A stretch of 62,720 nt of DNA, the filler included, from Asterionella formosa (Eukaryota), in the NCBI GenBank assembly GCA_002256025.1. It is 17 parts of 17 records of this genome, joined end to end, with 100 filler letters (N's around TTAATTAATTAA, not from the genome) between each part and the next. Parts side by side here need not be neighbours in the genome. Positions count along the whole stretch, not along the records: positions 60,809 to 62,720 come from NKIB01000869.1; 16 more parts are not named here. The stretch is one strand, 5' to 3'. Below the pieces are notes generated by a model. That model was not told the origin of the DNA. It made no database searches and was given only the letters and a program-made list of their open reading frames with translations. Below, in pieces: positions 60,942 through 62,720 of this stretch. Positions within the stretch are counted from its first letter, which is position 1, and the number at the start of each line of letters is the position of its first letter. The position numbers and the translations under genes are program-made.

Positions 60942-62720
60942 GATAAATTTCGTGAACAAGCTTTCAGTCAATTTATGGCAAATTTATATCTCGATAATGC
61001 CGACAAGGCCAAATACGGATCAATTATGACCGGGCGGAACACTCAACAGTCACTCGGCAACGATCAATACCCGAAGAGCATCACCGAATCAAATAATGTT
61101 CTCAGCAACCATCGGTTTGATGTAACAAATAAAGCCAACTACAAGAAACCAGGAGATAATAATAAAGAGAGAGAACATAAGGATGCAGGGAAAGAAGACA
61201 AAGATGTGAACTTATCGTTTGCACAGTTAGAAGGAAAATGTTACTGCTGCAGAAAAGCAGGTCACAAATCTCCTTCGTGCCGAGACAAGAATAAACCCAA
61301 AGAGGAATGGGCAATTAACAAGGCCCAAAGCCATGCACAGGCACAGGCTAATACATCTGACACAAGTACAGTTACCTCTGTTAATTCCAACAACCCGCCA
61401 TCATCACAAGCTTCACAACAAGCAAATGTCAATCAATTTGGATGGATGGGAGCTCATATGAAACTACAATTTTACCAAGCATCTGAGATGCGTGACTGGA
61501 TACTATTGGATAATCAATCAAGTGTTACAGTCTTTTGCAATCCAAAAATGGTTGAAAATATTCGAATGTCAACCAACGGAAGCATGCACCTGGCCACAAA
61601 TGGTGGATCCATGGTCACAAATATGAAGGCTGATCTTCCACAATGGGGAAAAGTATGGTTTAATGAAAAGGCAATCACAAACATCTTCAGTTATGCCGAA
61701 ATGGCAGATAGGTACAGAATTACTTATGACTCTGAGAAAGAAGAAGCATTCATTGTTCATTTGCCTGACAAAACAGTTCGATTTGAAAGAATTGGGATGA
61801 ACTTATATGTTTTCAAGCCAACTACAAGAATTAAAGTGGAGAATGCTCAAATGTTAAATACACTTGAAGAAAACAAAACATTTTACACTGAACGTCAATT
61901 TCAGAGAGCTAAGCGAGCTTGTGATCTATTTCATGCCTTGGGTACACCATCAATTAACGATTTCAAGGCAATAATTCGTATGAATACGATCAACAATAAT
62001 CCAGTGACTACCGATGATATCAAAATTGCAGAGAAAATTTTTGGACCTGACATCGGAACACTAAAAGGCAAGACAACTTGTCGCAAGCCGCTGCCAGTCG
62101 TGAACGACTACATCGAGATTCCTAAGGAGCTTATCCAAGCTCAACGTGAAGTGACTCTTTGCATGGATGGAATGAAAGTCAATGGACAATCATTTCTCAC
62201 AACAATTTCTCGAAACATTATGTATAGGACAGCGCAATGGGTCAAGAATCAGACAGCTGAAGTCTATCGAGATGCTTTGATTCAAGTATTCCGTGTTTAT
62301 AATACCGGAGGATTTAAAATTACAACAATCCACTGTGACAACGAGTTTCGACCTTTGATGGAACAAATTTCCAATGAATTTCAAGTCACTATGAACTACG
62401 CAAACCCACAAGAACATGTTCCTGAAGCGGAGCGAAATAATCGAGTGATTAAAGAACGCGTGCGCGCAGCTTATCATCGATTACCTTTCAAACATTTGCC
62501 ACGACTGATGATTACAATTCTAGTCACAGAATCTGCAAAGAAATTGAATTTCTTTCCGGCAAAGAACGGGATATCCCCGTATTACAGTCCTCGTATGATT
62601 CTACATCAACGAAACCTGGACTATGCTCGACATTGCCAGTATACATTTGGCACTTATGTCCAAGCACATGAAGAACCTGTGTTTTCAAACACTAATGCAC
62701 CTCGCAGCCTAGATTGCATT
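60942..62720 (+). CDS. Copia family 3 gag-pol fragment (Gag C-terminus, CCHC, protease, integrase); apparently open to the window end and absent from the ORF track
   Basis: Translates DKFREQAFSQFMA...CYCCRKAGHKSPSC...WILLDNQS...LCMDGMKV...HCDNEFRP...EHVPEAERNNRVIKER. Confidence 0.9.

Overview
This is eukaryotic DNA, almost certainly a diatom, judging by an aureochrome 1a gene, short GT-AG introns, CoDi-like Copia elements and an Ambal-like LINE remnant. It is not one locus: 17 contig pieces are joined by artificial 100-nt N-TTAATTAATTAA-N linkers. Sixteen pieces of ~1.9 kb are mostly repeats or transposons, including three near-duplicate pairs. One 30.5-kb contig (22202-52657) carries four host genes: a Cid1/TUTase-type nucleotidyltransferase, RCHY1/Pirh2, EXO1 and AUREO1a. 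These sit among nested non-autonomous TIR elements and Copia remnants. The three most unusual signals are: (1) a 188-bp tandem array whose hairpins show compensatory base changes; (2) a 12-bp palindrome CGCTT-NN-AAGCG where the tRNA primer-binding site should be, in two divergent Copia families; (3) a probable TUTase with a possible mitochondrial presequence, 24-aa repeats and a dsRBD-like module. All alignments were made by eye and no database searches were run.
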